Assembly (NCBI RefSeq): GCF_009914755.1
Contig: NC_060932.1
Strand: one strand, 5' to 3'
Source: the human T2T-CHM13v2.0 reference genome, Homo sapiens
DNA: 64,000 bases
In this document: piece after piece, positions 17,388 to 30,993 of the stretch
How positions within the stretch are numbered: position 1 is the stretch's first letter
How the letters are laid out: every line of letters begins with the position of its first letter
The notes under the pieces: generated by a model
The model's database searches: none
What the model was told of the DNA's origin: nothing
The model's input: only the letters and a program-made list of their open reading frames with translations
Position numbers and translations under genes: made by a program

Positions 17388-20059
17388 TATGATCCAGTTT
17401 GGTGGGAGCAGGAGGTATGTGTACACGAGGAACAGGAGGCAAGGGCACGGTTGAAAATTACAGAGAGGGCAATATGATTAGCATTGTTCTTTCTAGAATA
17501 GTAACTTACAAAGAGTGTGAAAGTGAATTCTCTAGAGGGAGAAGAATTTTTTAAAATTGAGAGTCACTAGGTTGTACATCATTCTCGATCCTCACACCTT
17601 AAACATCCACATGGCCTAGGCAATGGGTCCTGGCATGTTGCAGATGTTCAGTAAATGTTTGTTGAGTAAATGAATGGCTCTCTCCTTCCCTCTCTGTGTA
17701 AGATGGAGAAAGAAGATTTGCTTTTAAATAAGTACACATCTTCCAGACAGGTGGTTTAAAGGAAGGGCCAAGAGTGAACTCTTGAATTCTGAAATCAGAA
17801 ATGGCTCCACGACTAATCTTAGAACAATATTACCAAGACTCTCTCTTTGGGCCTTATTTCTTCATTTACAAAATAAGGACAAAATTAGGACCTACCTAAT
17901 ACGATGGTGACGTTTCAAAAATCTGGCATAGAAGGCACTACACAAACATTAGCTTTTATTCTGGAGATGTTGGAATTCTAGTTTAGCAACCAGAGCTGTT
18001 CCCTTAGGCTTCTGGCACCAGTAGGCCTATTGAGAGACGATTCTACCTTTTTTTCACATCTGTTCTCATGCCACTTTATTTCACTCCTAGAAATGCATAA
18101 ATCAAGGAATCATAAACATAAAAATCATCATTTTTCCTTGCCCTAACTGATTGAAACCCTTTACTCATGCAAGGCTCCAGTGGGCTCACTCGCTAGCTGC
18201 CTGCTGGCCGGCGTCAGCTCTTCCAGCACATGGCCCCGGCCATCTGGTTCTCACCAGGCGAGCCATATGGAACTTAGCCCCCACTTTTTTGAAAAGCTTA
18301 ACTTCTTTCTTCTTTGGGTTCTCTGCCTGGCTGTACTTCTCAGTTCTATGGAATTAAGCATGATTGCAATCACAATTTTCTTATCTTCCATCCTTGAAAG
18401 GAGAGTCAGTGACTTAAATTTTATTAGGAGAGCCTTTAGATCCTGCATCTCATTCATGTTAAATAACGAAACTCTACTTCAAGCCCTGTGACATCTGTGG
18501 CACAAGATAAATAATTCAGAAATCACAATTATATAATTCTTTCCTGAAACTGCCCCTGTTCTCTACAAAGGAAATACTATTACGTTTTCTTTCCTTCTTT
18601 CCTCTAATACTTTGAGCTGCAATTACCTGCCACCAAGCCTCAAACAGCAGGTACAGCCATGCTGAGATGATTAGTTCTTAACTGTTACACGTTATTAGCT
18701 GAGTAGAAAATGACATGCAAAGTTCCAAGATATGGTTTGGCTCCTACTGTGATAATCTCAGTGAGATTTACAAATACCAAGAAGATTTCTAAGCTTTCCT
18801 TGAAACTCACTGCAAAAATGCTTGTTTCTTAAAAGTGTAAGCCTAAGTTAAATCTTAATCAGTTCTGAAAAATAACTTTTGAGAATTTTGTTTAAATAAA
18901 TACAAGTGTAGGTTTGCTTATATAAATGTATTGATGATTCAAAATTTTAAAAAATGGAACAGAAGTAACAGCATGCAAGCCTAGTTGATTTTCAGCAAAA
19001 CTATGAAGGGAAACAAGTAGGTCTTCAGGTGACTTAATGCCTTTCCCACACTTCTCAATTTTTTTTCCTACCGTGGCCCCAAGTCACTTATAAAGCATAT
19101 TTTTTCTATTATAAGAAAAAATGTATTAAGATGCTAGCACATTACTGTAAATTAATTAAAAAATGTCCGGCCCCCAAAGATAAAAAATGAATGTGCTTTT
19201 CAAAAGCATCCCCCAAGGAAGAAATAAGCAATTAATCTTCATGTTCACCATGGAATAATTTCCATCTTCTACTCCTTTTTGGGAGGAGTGATTCTTCTTC
19301 CATGAAAAACAAAAGCTGTTTTCCCCTTACTTCTTTCCAGAGGAGAGTCAACATACTTACTCTTACATTCCATGTAATACTGTTATTCTAGTCCAGATTA
19401 CTGAGCTCAGAGCAAAGGTCCAATTAACTGTTTCTTGTCCTTTGTATGCCCAGATGCAGGCACAATACCCGGACCTACTGGGTATATGATAAACGAATTT
19501 ATGTTGAATGATGTTGTGAAATACATCATTTACTATAGAACAGAGAATCTTGCATGAGCTGCAGGTAACTCTGTAGTTATTCCTGCAAACATACTTAGAT
19601 TTTACATTTGAACTCAAAAGAGGTTCCTTACAGTTTTGTGGTTCTCAATCTTTTGTGTTTATACACAATTTAACATTCTTAAATTTTTGGTGGCTTATTT
19701 TAAGGAATTGACAAAATAAAAGCTAAATACTTCAGCAATAAATATAACCTATAGCTAATATTTTACAGCAAGGCATCAAGGGGTCAGGGAGGGCTCCCTG
19801 GGACGGTATGGGCAGGAGATGCTGTACTCCCAGACCCTACCCCACATAGCCTCCATCAGCATCCCCCTTGCTGCAAGCCACCTCAAATAACATGTAGTAT
19901 ATAAGTAAATACTGGGTCTAGCTATGCGAACTTACTTTACATGTCTCCCATCTTTACCTTTCAAGCAAATAACCAACCTATATGGAAGTTCTGTAGTCAC
20001 CATTGGGCACTTTGGGATTCATTACAACTTATTTAATAATGCCTTAGTATGTTAGTCAG

Positions 20060-20625
20060 TTCTTTTCCAATCAATGCCCTCACTTTAACAGTAGACACCT
20101 GGTGAGGCTGTTCTTGCATCTTTTGTTGCAGGTCAGCCACTCGCATGATAAGAGCTTGTGTCTGTTTTCCCACAATTTCAGCTTCTTCTCTACAGGAGAT
20201 AAGACTCTCTCTCAGGGCAATCATAGCAGATTTGAGGCTCAGTAACTGCTGCTGAAGCTGGGAGACAGAATCCCCAAGTTCATCATTTTCTTTTATCACT
20301 TTGTCCACTGAACTTAGAAACAACCAACCAGCTTCATTGTGTTCCTTGGTTCTTCACATATGGTCAAAGGTATTATGTATAGAGTCACTAAACTCTTTGC
20401 TTCTCACAAGCAGTAAATCAGGAGTGTCAAATGCATTTATTTGGCATAGCTCTTTAAACAATTTCTTCCAAGGACTCTCAGTGTTCTCCATACTATCAGA
20501 AGTAGAGTCCTTAGCATTTTTGGGTCTAATCATATTAAGTAGCCAACTCCAGAAACCCCAAAACCAATGAAAGAACTCCATCCTTAATATTCTGTTCCTC
20601 TAGAGCCACTCTTGGTACCAAAATC
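20060..20625 (-). mobile_element. HERV-L internal remnant (primer-binding site, leader, start of gag)
   Basis: TGGTACCAAGAGTGG next to the LTR. ORFs 20354..20581(-) and 20033..20323(-) (STDSMENTESPWKKLFKELCQINAFDTPD; QVSTVKVRALIGKE) match HERV-L gag. Confidence 0.85.
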
Positions 20626-21043
20626 TGTATTGGTCAGGGTTCTCTAGGGGACAGAACTAATAGGATATATATAAAAAGGAGTTTATTAAGTATTAACTTA
20701 CATGATCACAAGGTCTCACAATAGGCTGTCTGTAAGCTTGAGGAGCAAGGAGTGCTAGTTCGAATCTCAAAACTGGAGAATTGGAGTCTGATGTTCAAAG
20801 GCGGGAAGCATCCAGCATGGGAGAAAGATGTAGGCTGGGAGGCTAGGCCAGTCATGCCTCTTCACATTTTTCTGCCTGCTTTATATTCACTGGCAGCTGA
20901 TTAGATGGTGCCCACCCAATTAAGGGTGGGTCTGCCTTCCCCAGCCCACTTAATCTCTTTTGGCAACACCCTCACAGACACACCCAGAATCAATATTGCA
21001 TCCTTCAATCCAATCAAATTGACACTCAGTATTAACCATCACA
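20626..21043 (-). mobile_element. MLT2A (HERV-L) 5' LTR
   Basis: TGTATTGGTCAGGGTTCTCTAG...AGTATTAACCATCACA termini. Confidence 0.9.
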
Positions 21044-21404
21044 CTTAGCATTATGTTGCTGTGCCCTGCCCAAGCTGTTTGATATGCTCAAGAGGCAATT
21101 ACCTTCTCATATCACTAACCAGTCTCTTTTTTTGGCACTGATCATTGGGTTTACCTTTTACCTGCAGACTTCTATAATCCTATTGTACACTGCACTTCAC
21201 ACTCAATGCAGTATTCTAGCAGATAGCTATTGCTGTAACAGCATGAATAACTGTGGCAAATATGGAAGAAAAGCAGGCCAGGGAAGCTTGGTCTGCAAGT
21301 GAGAAGACGAGGCAGCTGGGGTGTGAGACTCTACTCAGTGGGGAGGTCCCTCTCGATCTTGATCTTTCTCTTAAATCCTTCCCTTTTGAATAAAATTTTA
21401 TTTT

Positions 21405-21533
21405 AATTTTATTTTTGTAGAGATGGATTCTTGTTATGTTGACCAGGTTTGTCTTAACTTCTGGTCTTAAGTGATATTTCTAACTCAGCCTCCCAAAATG
21501 CTGGGATTACAGACATGAGCCACCATGCCTGGG
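21405..21533 (-). mobile_element. FLAM / Alu left monomer
   Basis: TTTTTGTAGAGATGG...CTCCCAAAATGCTGGGATTACAG. Confidence 0.85.
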
Positions 21534-21713
21534 TACGTTTAATCTTTCTCTTGATCCTTCATATCTCCCCTATCCTGGGGCAGATCCAGATTTTGTGAGC
21601 TTGAAATTTATACAATTTGGGGGTTCTTCTTCATGAAAAAATGATAAAAATTACAAATACAGAATTAGCTGCAAAATAAATATTTATTTAGAATGATTAA
21701 AAAACAACAAATT

Positions 21714-22086
21714 GGTCTTCCCCTAAATGGCCTGAGGTGATCTGTGAAAACAGTTTGCTATTCACCTGACCAAGAAAACTCCACAAAATCATGCAAGTCA
21801 AGAGGTTCAAATCTTTGTGTTCACTTTAAGAACATGCATGAAACTTCTTAGGTCATCGAGAGTACACACGTATGAAAAGCCACAAGGTATCTGAAAGATG
21901 TCACTTTATAGAAACGGTGTGTACACACACATCCTGATGATCCCTACTGAAAAGGAATAAATTATTTCTAAACCAGAAAAGGCAATTGCGCAGAAGAAAA
22001 AGAAATCCCAGAAGAAACTGAAGAAAAAAAACTTATTGCATGGGAATAAAATAAATGTAATTAAAAGTAAAAGAAAAAATAAAACC
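21714..22086 (+). pseudogene. RPL17 processed pseudogene with a large internal deletion
   Basis: CCTGAGGTGATCTGTGAAA 5'UTR, then coding remnants [15 protein letters not shown] and IAQKKKKSQKKLKK. ATG lost, in-frame stops, AATAAA plus A-rich tail, TSD AACAACAAATT (21703-21713 / 22087-22097). Confidence 0.9.
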
Positions 22087-22172
22087 AACAACAAATTACA
22101 AATTTAAAGAAGCTGATGTGTACACAAAGTATTATAAAATCTACAAAAATAGTATGGTTTTTCAAAATAATT

Positions 22173-22197
22173 TTTTTATTATACTTTAAGTTCTAGG
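22173..22197 (-). mobile_element. 25-nt extreme 5'-truncated L1PA insertion
   Basis: Reverse complement CCTAGAACTTAAAGTATAATAAAAA is the L1PA 3' terminus, flanked by a perfect 17-bp TSD GGTTTTTCAAAATAATT. Confidence 0.8.
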
Positions 22198-22502
22198 GGT
22201 TTTTCAAAATAATTAATTGCTTGATGCAACTCTACTATATTTGATAGTATGCTCTGATTACTTCTTTCTGTGATGAATGACAAGATTTCACGGGACTTTC
22301 ATTTTACTCCAGCAACAACCAATTTCAATACTCCTGCATTGACAACACTCATCATCCAGCTTGCTGTCAATGCCCTCTTTGTAGCAGCATGTTATGAATC
22401 TAATGTTATCTTAGTCAACATTGGTATTGCCTGTCAAAACAGCAAGAAATGTATATCATTTTTCAGTGTGTTCATATGACTTATTCCTATTCACTAGCTT
22501 GA

Positions 22503-22852
<350 letters not shown>

Positions 22853-25213
22853 TCACTATTTCTTTTCAAAATTTACCTCTTTGTTTAAATTAATTATGAC
22901 TCTTGGTATGATCTGAAATTTTTTATATATTGTAATTAGCTTCTAGATGTCAAATATCTTTATTAACTTTGTTTCATATTTCATTAATTTTTTATTGAAA
23001 TTTTTCTATATTTATTAGTAAATAAATATTAAGATAATAAAAGAAAGTATTCTTTATATTCACTTCCTTTAGGAGTCTGTAATTCCTTACTGTCTTATTG
23101 AAACATCTTTTCAAGTTGCAGTTAACATGGCACTTATAAGCTTTATCAACTTTTTGAACACATTTATTCTGTTGAGATTTTTCTTCTAAGTCTTCAAAAA
23201 TATACTTTAGATCCTCAAAGAATTATTGGTCCCATGCTCTCAGTCTTAAACAGCTTTATAATGAGCATATTATCCCATATCTGGAAACACATTGTTAAAA
23301 AAATCCAAATCACATATGCCTTAAAATGCTCCATCTAAAAAAGAGTATACACAAACAAAAACATGTTGAAAATTTGAAGTAGTCAACAACTTCAGGTACT
23401 GTGGAGGCAGTTTTTTCCTTAGCAACAAGATGAAGTGAATGAGCTGCATACTGTGCACACCTTCTGCAATTTACTAATGCTTTAAAGAGCATTTACAGCC
23501 ATTTGTCTCCATTGTCATATGCTAAATCTCTATATTAAGTACCTTATGTGTATTTCATCTTTTTATTTATTGTGGAAATAATGACTATTATTATGTCCAT
23601 TTGACAGATGAAAAAGTAAGGCTTGAAAGTGTATGTAGCTAGCAAATGACTGAATCAGAATCTAGGCTCAGAAACTTGCAATCTAGGGCTCAGGCTCCTA
23701 ATTCCTGCAATGAGAATAGGATTTGGAAGGAGGAAATGTTTGCCCTGAAGTACTTAAAATATTTGCACCACTTTCTCCTAGGTCTTTTTGCTATGTGGGG
23801 CAAAAAGACCACATTTAGCAAAGCTGAAAGGGTCAGTTTCTGCCTGCATCCCCCCCCCTCACGGCTTGTTCTAATGGTTGATTGGATTGTGGCAGCCATT
23901 TTTAGCCTCTGAAACCTGCAGAGGGAGCACGTAGGTTTTTAATTTTTATTTGTTAATGATTCAATGATTTACTAAGTCAGACATGCAAAACATACTGCTG
24001 GTTGCATTAACAAAAGAGCAGTGTAAAAGCACTCCACAATTTTGCAACATTGCTCTTACACTGTTTTTCTGACTATACAAGACACAACTTTAGTCTACTG
24101 GAAGGACAGTGGTGCCTTGCATCCTGCCCCTGAATGACTGAGTAACCGTGACCTCTGTTAAACTACATCACCTCTCTGGGCCTCAGATTCCTTATCCATA
24201 AAATTAGAGAGCACACTAAGTGGTCTCTGAGGTTCTTTCCAGCTCTAAAATTCAATTGCAGTGCCAGTTTAAGTAGGAGCATAAGGTACACCAGTACCAA
24301 AGACATTTATTCATGTTTAGTTGCTGAAGTAGTACTGTTTATATATGGAATAATGGTTCCAGGAAAAACGTAGAGTAAAAGACAAAACAAACTATTCCAT
24401 CTTCCTAAATATTCTGGTTTACTAATTTGCTACAAAATTAAAATGAAGGACTTTGAAATTAATATGCTTTATTGTATATAAGTAAGAATATTATGTGAGA
24501 TAGCTTTAATACCACTAATGAAACAATAACAGTAATAATGTCCTCATTTGCATTCACATTGGTTTATGACAACCAGGTTTATAAGTTCTATGAATTCAAT
24601 TTTGAAATTCAATCATTACTGAGATTTGTTTACAAGTAAATGCTCCTGATTTAGGATTATAAATGACCAATAAGCTCATGAAAAAGTATCAACATCACCA
24701 AGAATCAAAGAAGTGAAAATCATAGTAATGAAATACCATTTTCTACTCCTTACACTAATAAAGATTGAATGGAAGCACAACTTGGCAAACCTTTCTAAGG
24801 GAAAATTTGGTGATATATTTGGAATTTTATCTACCTTTGACCCGATATATTTTATCTGTAGAAATTTAAACAGATACTCTCCTGAAAATGTCAAAATATT
24901 GTTGGAAAAAATTAAAGAAGACCTAAACAAATGGAGAGATATTCTATGTTTCTAAATTTGAAGGCTTAATACTATTAATACTTAAAGCAATCCATAGATT
25001 CAATGCAATTATTATCATAATTCCAATGGCATTTTTTGCAGAAATGAAAAAGCAGATCCTTGAATTTATATGTAATTGCAAGGGGTCTCAAATAGCAAAA
25101 AATCTTGAAAAAATTTGGAGGAGTCATACTTCTCAAATTAAAAATTTACTATAAAGCTACAGCAATCAAAGCAGTGTGGTACTTACATAAGGTTAGATAT
25201 ATAGACAGACATA

Positions 25214-25586
25214 CAGCAGTCTCCCCTTATCTGCAGTTTTGCTGTCTGCAGTTCCAGTTACCCACAGTCAATGTCAATCATGGTCTGAAAATGTTAAATG
25301 GAAAATTCCAGAAATGAACAATTTATAAGTTTTAAATTGTGCACCATTCTGAGTATTGTATAATTGTTCTATTTTATTATTAATTGTTGTTAATCTCTTA
25401 CAGTGTCTAATTATAAATTAAACTTTGGGTATATATGTTCATGGAAAAAACATTGTATATATTATATATACATATATATATATGTATGAAAAAACACAAT
25501 ATGTATAGGGTATGCTACTATCTGCAGTTTCAAGCACCCACTGGGGGTCTTGGAACATATCCTCTGTGACTAAGTGCAGACTACTG
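25214..25586. mobile_element. MER44A (Tigger7-family MITE)
   Basis: TIRs CAGCAGTCTCCCCTTATC / GACTAAGTGCAGACTACTG, with TA duplication. Confidence 0.85.
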
Positions 25587-26429
25587 TATAGACAAATGGA
25601 GTAGAATTGAGAGTCCAGAAATAAACCCATCCATCCATGGCAATTTTTTTGACAAAGATGCCAAGACCATTCAGTGGGGGAAACAATAGTTTCTTCAAAA
25701 ACGATGCTCGGATAACTAGATAGACACACACAAAAGAATGAATTTGGACCCTTATCTCATACCATATACAAAAACTACCTCAAAATAAATCAACGACCTA
25801 AATATAAAAACTAAAATTACAAAACTACTAGAAAATAATAGGGGTAAATTTTCATGACCGTGATTAGGCAATGAATTCTTATATATGACCTCCCCAAAGA
25901 ATGAATAACAAAAGAAAAAAATTATTAAATTGGATTTCATCAACATTCAAAACTTTTATGCATCAAAAAACATAATCAAGAAAGCAAAAAGACAACCTAC
26001 AGAGTGTGAGAAAATATTTGCAAATCATATATCTGATAAAGATCTAGCATCCGGAATATATAAAGAAACTATAATTCAACAATCAAAAACAAATAACCCA
26101 ATTATAAAATGGACAAAGGACTAGTACAGACATTTCTCTAAAGAAGATACAAGTGGCTTACAAACACATGAAATGATGTTCAACATCAGTAGTTATGAAG
26201 GAAATGCAAATCAAAATCACAATTAAGTACCTCTTTACACCCACAGGGATGGCTATAATACAAAAGTGAAAAATAACAAAAGCTGGCAAGGATGCAGAGA
26301 AATTGGAAGCCTTGTACTTTGCTGGTGGAAATGGAAAATGACCCAGGCATGTGGAAAACAGTGGCAGTTTCTCAAAAAGTTAAGTATAGAATTACCGTAT
26401 GACTCCATAATTTCACTGCTAGGTATATA

Positions 26430-29113
26430 CAGTTGACCCTTAAATAATATGGGATTAAACTGCACAGGTCCACTTATATGTAGATTTTTTCAATAAATAT
26501 ATTGAAAATTTCTTTGGAAATCTGCAACAATTTGAAAATACTTGCAGATAAACCATGTAGCCTAGAAAGTTTTTAAAAATAAGAAAAAGTTTAGGTATAT
26601 CATGAATGCATAAAATATATGTAGATACTAGCCTATCATTTACTTTCTTAAAATGTACACTAATCTATTATAGAAAGTTAACATTTATCAAAATGTACGC
26701 ACACAAACACATACCATACATGGTGCCATTTGAAGTCAAAAGAAATGTAAAGATGCAAAACAAATGTAAAGATGCAGTATGAAATCATAACTACATAAAA
26801 TTAACTGTAGTATATACTGCACTATTGTAATAATTTTGTAGCCAGCTCCTGTTGCTGTTGCAGTGAGCTCAAGTGCTATGAGTATCCGTTTACAACAATG
26901 TGTGATGCTAATCCTTTCTGTGTGAGCAGTTGGTCTCTCTAGTAAATTGTGTATCATAGTAAAAAGTGATTTCTCATAGTTCTCACATATTTTTTCAGGT
27001 TTAGTGCAACACCATAAACCTTGAATAACACCGTAAGACCCAACAAAGTGCCACTAGTGGTGCTGGAAGTGCTTGCAAGAAGCAAAGTCATGGCATTACA
27101 ACAAACAGTTGAATAACTTGATATGTACCCTAGATTCAGGTCTGTAGCTGTGATTGTCCACCATAATAAATGAATCCAGAATCAGGACCATTTAAAAAAA
27201 AAAAAGAAAGAAAAGGAGATTTGTGAAGCTCTCAGTGCAGCCATGACAGCAGGCAAGAAAACTTTGCATTTTGTTTCAAAGTATCTTATCTTGTGTTGAA
27301 AATGCAGCTTTTCTGTAGGTGCAGGATTGTTACAAGAAAGGTCTACCTATAGACTCTAATATGATTTCAGAAAAAGCGAAATCATTGTATGAAAACTTAA
27401 AGCAAAAGAAAGGTGAATTATCTAAAGCTGGAGAATTTAATGCCAGCAAAGTATGTCTTGATAATTTTAGAAAGATATTTGGCTTAAAAAATGTCAAGCA
27501 ACAGGAGAAGCAGCTTCTGCTAACTAAGAGGCAGCAGATAAGTTCTCAGATGCATTAAAAAAATCATTGAGGAGAAGAATATCTGCCTAAACAGGTTTTT
27601 GATGCCGATGAAAATGCCCTATTCTGGAAAAAAATCTACCTAGGATATTTATTAGTAAGGAAGAGAAGTGAGCACCCACATTTAAGGCGGGAAGGGATAG
27701 GCTAACTCTACTGTTTTGTGCAAATGCAGTCAGGTTTATGATCAGGACTGCCTTTATCTATAAAGCTGCTAACCCCTGAGCCTTGAAGGAAAAGGATAAA
27801 CACAAGCTAACAGTCTTTTGATTGTACAACAAGAAAGCCTCAACAATGAGAACTCTTTTTCTGCTTTAGTTCCACCAGTGCTTTGTCTCTGAAGTCAGGA
27901 AGTATCTTGCGAGCAAGAGACTGCCTTTTGAAGATCTTTTGATATTGTACAACGTCCCTGGCCACCCAGAATCCCGTGAGTTCAATGTCAAAGGAGTTGA
28001 AGTGGTCTAGTTGCCCCCAAACACAACATCTCTAATTCGGCCTCTAAATCCAGAGGTCATAAGGATTTTTACAATTCATTATGCATGGTACTCTAAGGAA
28101 AGCATTGTCAACGCTATGGAAAATAACCCCAGTAGAAAAAATATCATGAAAGTCTGAAAGAATTATGCCATTCATATGCCACTGTGTTGTAGAAAAAGCC
28201 ATGAAAGCCATCAAGCCCAAAACAATAAATTCCTGCTGGAGAAAACTGTGTACCAATATTGTGCATGACTTCATAGGATTTATAACAGAGCCAATGAAGG
28301 AAATCATGAAAGGGATTGTGGATATGACAAAAAAAGGTAGAGGGTGAAAGGTTTCAGGATATGGATCTTGGAGACATTCAAAAGCTAATAGATACCACAC
28401 CAGAGGAATGAACAGAAGATGACTTGATGGAGATGAGTGCTTCTGAGCCAGTGCCAGATGATAAGGAAGAAGACATAGAAGAAGCAGTGCCAGAAAACAA
28501 ATGGACATTAGACAATCCAGTAGAAGGTTTCCAGTTATTTAAGATTGCTTTTGACTTCTCTTATAGCATGGACACTTCTATGATATGGTCACTGAAACTA
28601 AAGGAAACAGTGAGAGGGGATTGGTACCATATAGAAACACTTTTATTAAAATGAAAAAGCAAAAAAGTCAGACAGAAATTATGAGGTATTTCTGTAAAGT
28701 TATACCGAGTGTAACTTCCTTTCATGCCTCGCCTCACACCTCTTCCACCTCTGCCACCTCTGGGATAGAAAGACCAACACCTCGTCTTCTTCCTCCTCGT
28801 CAGCTTACTGGGTGTAAAAACAAGTATGAAATCCTTTATGATGATCTACTTTCACTTAATGAATAGTAAATATATTTTCTCTTCCTTGTGATTTTCTTAA
28901 TAAGATTTTATTCTTTTTTAGCATGCTTTATTGTAAGAATAGTATACGATACATATAACATACAAAATATGTGTTATTTTGACTGTGTATGCTATTGGTA
29001 AGGCTTCCAGTTAACAGTAGGCCATTAGTAGTTAACTTTTGGGGTGTCAATAAAGTTATATGTTGTACAGGAGGTCAGTGCTTCCAACCCTTGTGTTGTT
29101 CAAGGGTCAACTG
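26430..29113 (+). mobile_element. Near full-length Tigger2 (TcMar-Tigger) with a decayed transposase at about 27030-28650
   Basis: TIRs CAGTTGACCCTT / AAGGGTCAACTG, TA TSD, 2684 bp. Pogo-type catalytic-region remnants FDADENALFWKK (~27600), LILYNVPGHP (~27940) and PNTTSLIRPL (~28020). Confidence 0.92.
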
Positions 29114-30789
29114 TACACAGAAAGAATTGAAAACATGTACTCAAATAAGTGCATGTACACAATGTCCTAGCAGCACCATTCACAATAGCCAAAAGGTAGA
29201 AACTGCCAAATGTCCAACAGCAGAATGGATCAACAAATTGTGGTATATCCGTATAATGGAATATTATTCAGTCATAAAAAGGATAATTCATACATACTGA
29301 TGTATACTATAATGTGGATGAACCTTAAAAAACATGCTAAGTGAAAGAAATAAGACATGTAAAATCACATATATGATTCCATTTTTATGAAATAGCCAGA
29401 TTAGATAAACCTATAGAGACAGAACACAGATTGGTGGCTGTTGGGCTGTGGGAAGGAGAAATGGGGATAAACTGCTCAAAGAGTAAGAGGCTTTATTTGT
29501 AGTTATGGAAATGTTTTGGAACTAAATAGAGGTGGTGGTTACACAACATTGTGAATATACTAAATGCCAATTAATGTGTTCGCTTAAAAAATGGTAAATT
29601 CAATAAGAATTTCACCTCAAATTATTTTTTAACTTAGTAAAGTTTTATATATAATGGTGTTATGCATGATTTCCTTTGTTGTTTATCTGTCTTTTCTGAA
29701 GTTTAATAATATGCAGTATTGTTTTAATTATTAGGAATGAATTGTTTTTAAAAATAATAAAAATACCCCGAGAACCTCACAATTTAAAACTACTCTTTAA
29801 AGAAGGTGGGAAATATGGCTAAGAAAAATTTAGGCATCTTTTTTACACACTTTTAGAAAAATACATTTTTAAACAATATATTTTAAAGTGTAACATTTAT
29901 AATTTTCATCTCTGTTCACTAGCAATTAAATTTCTTTCCATATATTGTTTCCCAGAACTTTTTAAACATAAATTAAAAGAATGGCAGCAGAAAAATTCAT
30001 TGACTTATTTTAGAACTAGTGCCTTTGCAGGAAAGGAGAGTTGGTGAAAGGGACTGGGAGATTGGGATGAAAAGGTAAATTCAAATCTTACTTTTACAAA
30101 AGGAACAACTAGCCATTTAGAGAATGAGAAAAAAGTTCATTTCACAGATGCCTTTGTTTTCTCTCTCTTACTGTGTCTGCTTGATATAGGACTAAGATAA
30201 AGTAAATGCGCAACACTTTTTTTTCTTTAATCATAAAACTATTCCCTGAATAGTTTCGTTACAGTAGTTAAGTTTTGTTTTGAAAAAATTAGAGAAGCAA
30301 TAAAGAAGGATTTGCAGTTCTCATCGCTTCTAATTTTCTTCTGTAATGAGTTTTCGGCTTAAATGTGTATGCAGTTTTTCCTTTTTCCTTATACGGGAGC
30401 CAAGTTTTGTTGTGGCAGTCAATTTCTGTTGAGGAAAAACACAAACATTAGTATCAGCCCAAAGCGAGGGTGGAAAACATTTGGAAGAACATGGAAGGTG
30501 TTATTGAAAAGAAGAATAGATCAAAGATCTTAATTTTTTCTTTCTATGAGTCATGTAACAAAAATATAAATATCTAATAAAATAATTAGATATTGCCAAG
30601 CAAAACAATGGCTTAAATTGTTTCTCGAAGTGTGGTTTGCTGACCACCTGAATCAAATTTTCCAGGATGCCTGTTAAAAATACAAAGGATAGGTTCAACC
30701 GCAGAACTGCTGAAGCAAAGACTAAGGGAGGTGAAGCAAGTTTAAAATGAAACAAAATAACAATACACATAAACACACACAGTCTAAGC

Positions 30790-30993
30790 CAGAGGCCAGT
30801 ATACTATGCCCAGAGGAGGAAAAATGGCCCACTCCCTGTTTTTGTAAATAAAGTTTTATTGGAACACACTCACAGTCTATGGCTGCTTTTGAGCTACAAT
30901 GGCAGAGTTGAGTATTTGTGACAGAGATGGTACAGCCTGTAAAACTTAAACTATTTATTGTCTGGCCTTTTACCAAAAAGTTTGCCACCCCTT
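30790..30993. mobile_element. MER58A (hAT-Charlie MITE), flanked by MER5-like MITEs (about 30620-30740, 31002-31170, 31172-31320)
   Basis: TTTTGTAAATAAAGTTTTATTGGAACAC core; 8-bp TSD GTCTAAGC / CTCTAAGC. Confidence 0.8.

Larger units (their letters stand above)
24870..29630 (+). mobile_element. L1MB-like 3' ORF2 and 3'UTR, interrupted by MER44A and Tigger2
   Basis: ORFs 24713, 25105 and 25930(+) give L1 ORF2 C-terminal peptides (KEDLNKWRDI; YYKATAIKAVWY; KRQPTECEKIFANHISDK). The L1 resumes across both TA insertion sites. Confidence 0.85.

Noticed and set aside
18151-18491. Three overlapping ORFs (up to 103 aa) in unique sequence
   Set aside because: No recognisable domain, non-ATG starts for two of them, and no coherent exon chain.
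27030-28866. Tigger2 ORFs as a domesticated TIGD-like gene
   Set aside because: Multiple stops and frameshifts, and catalytic Asp positions are substituted. The 154-aa minus-strand ORF is an antisense artefact.
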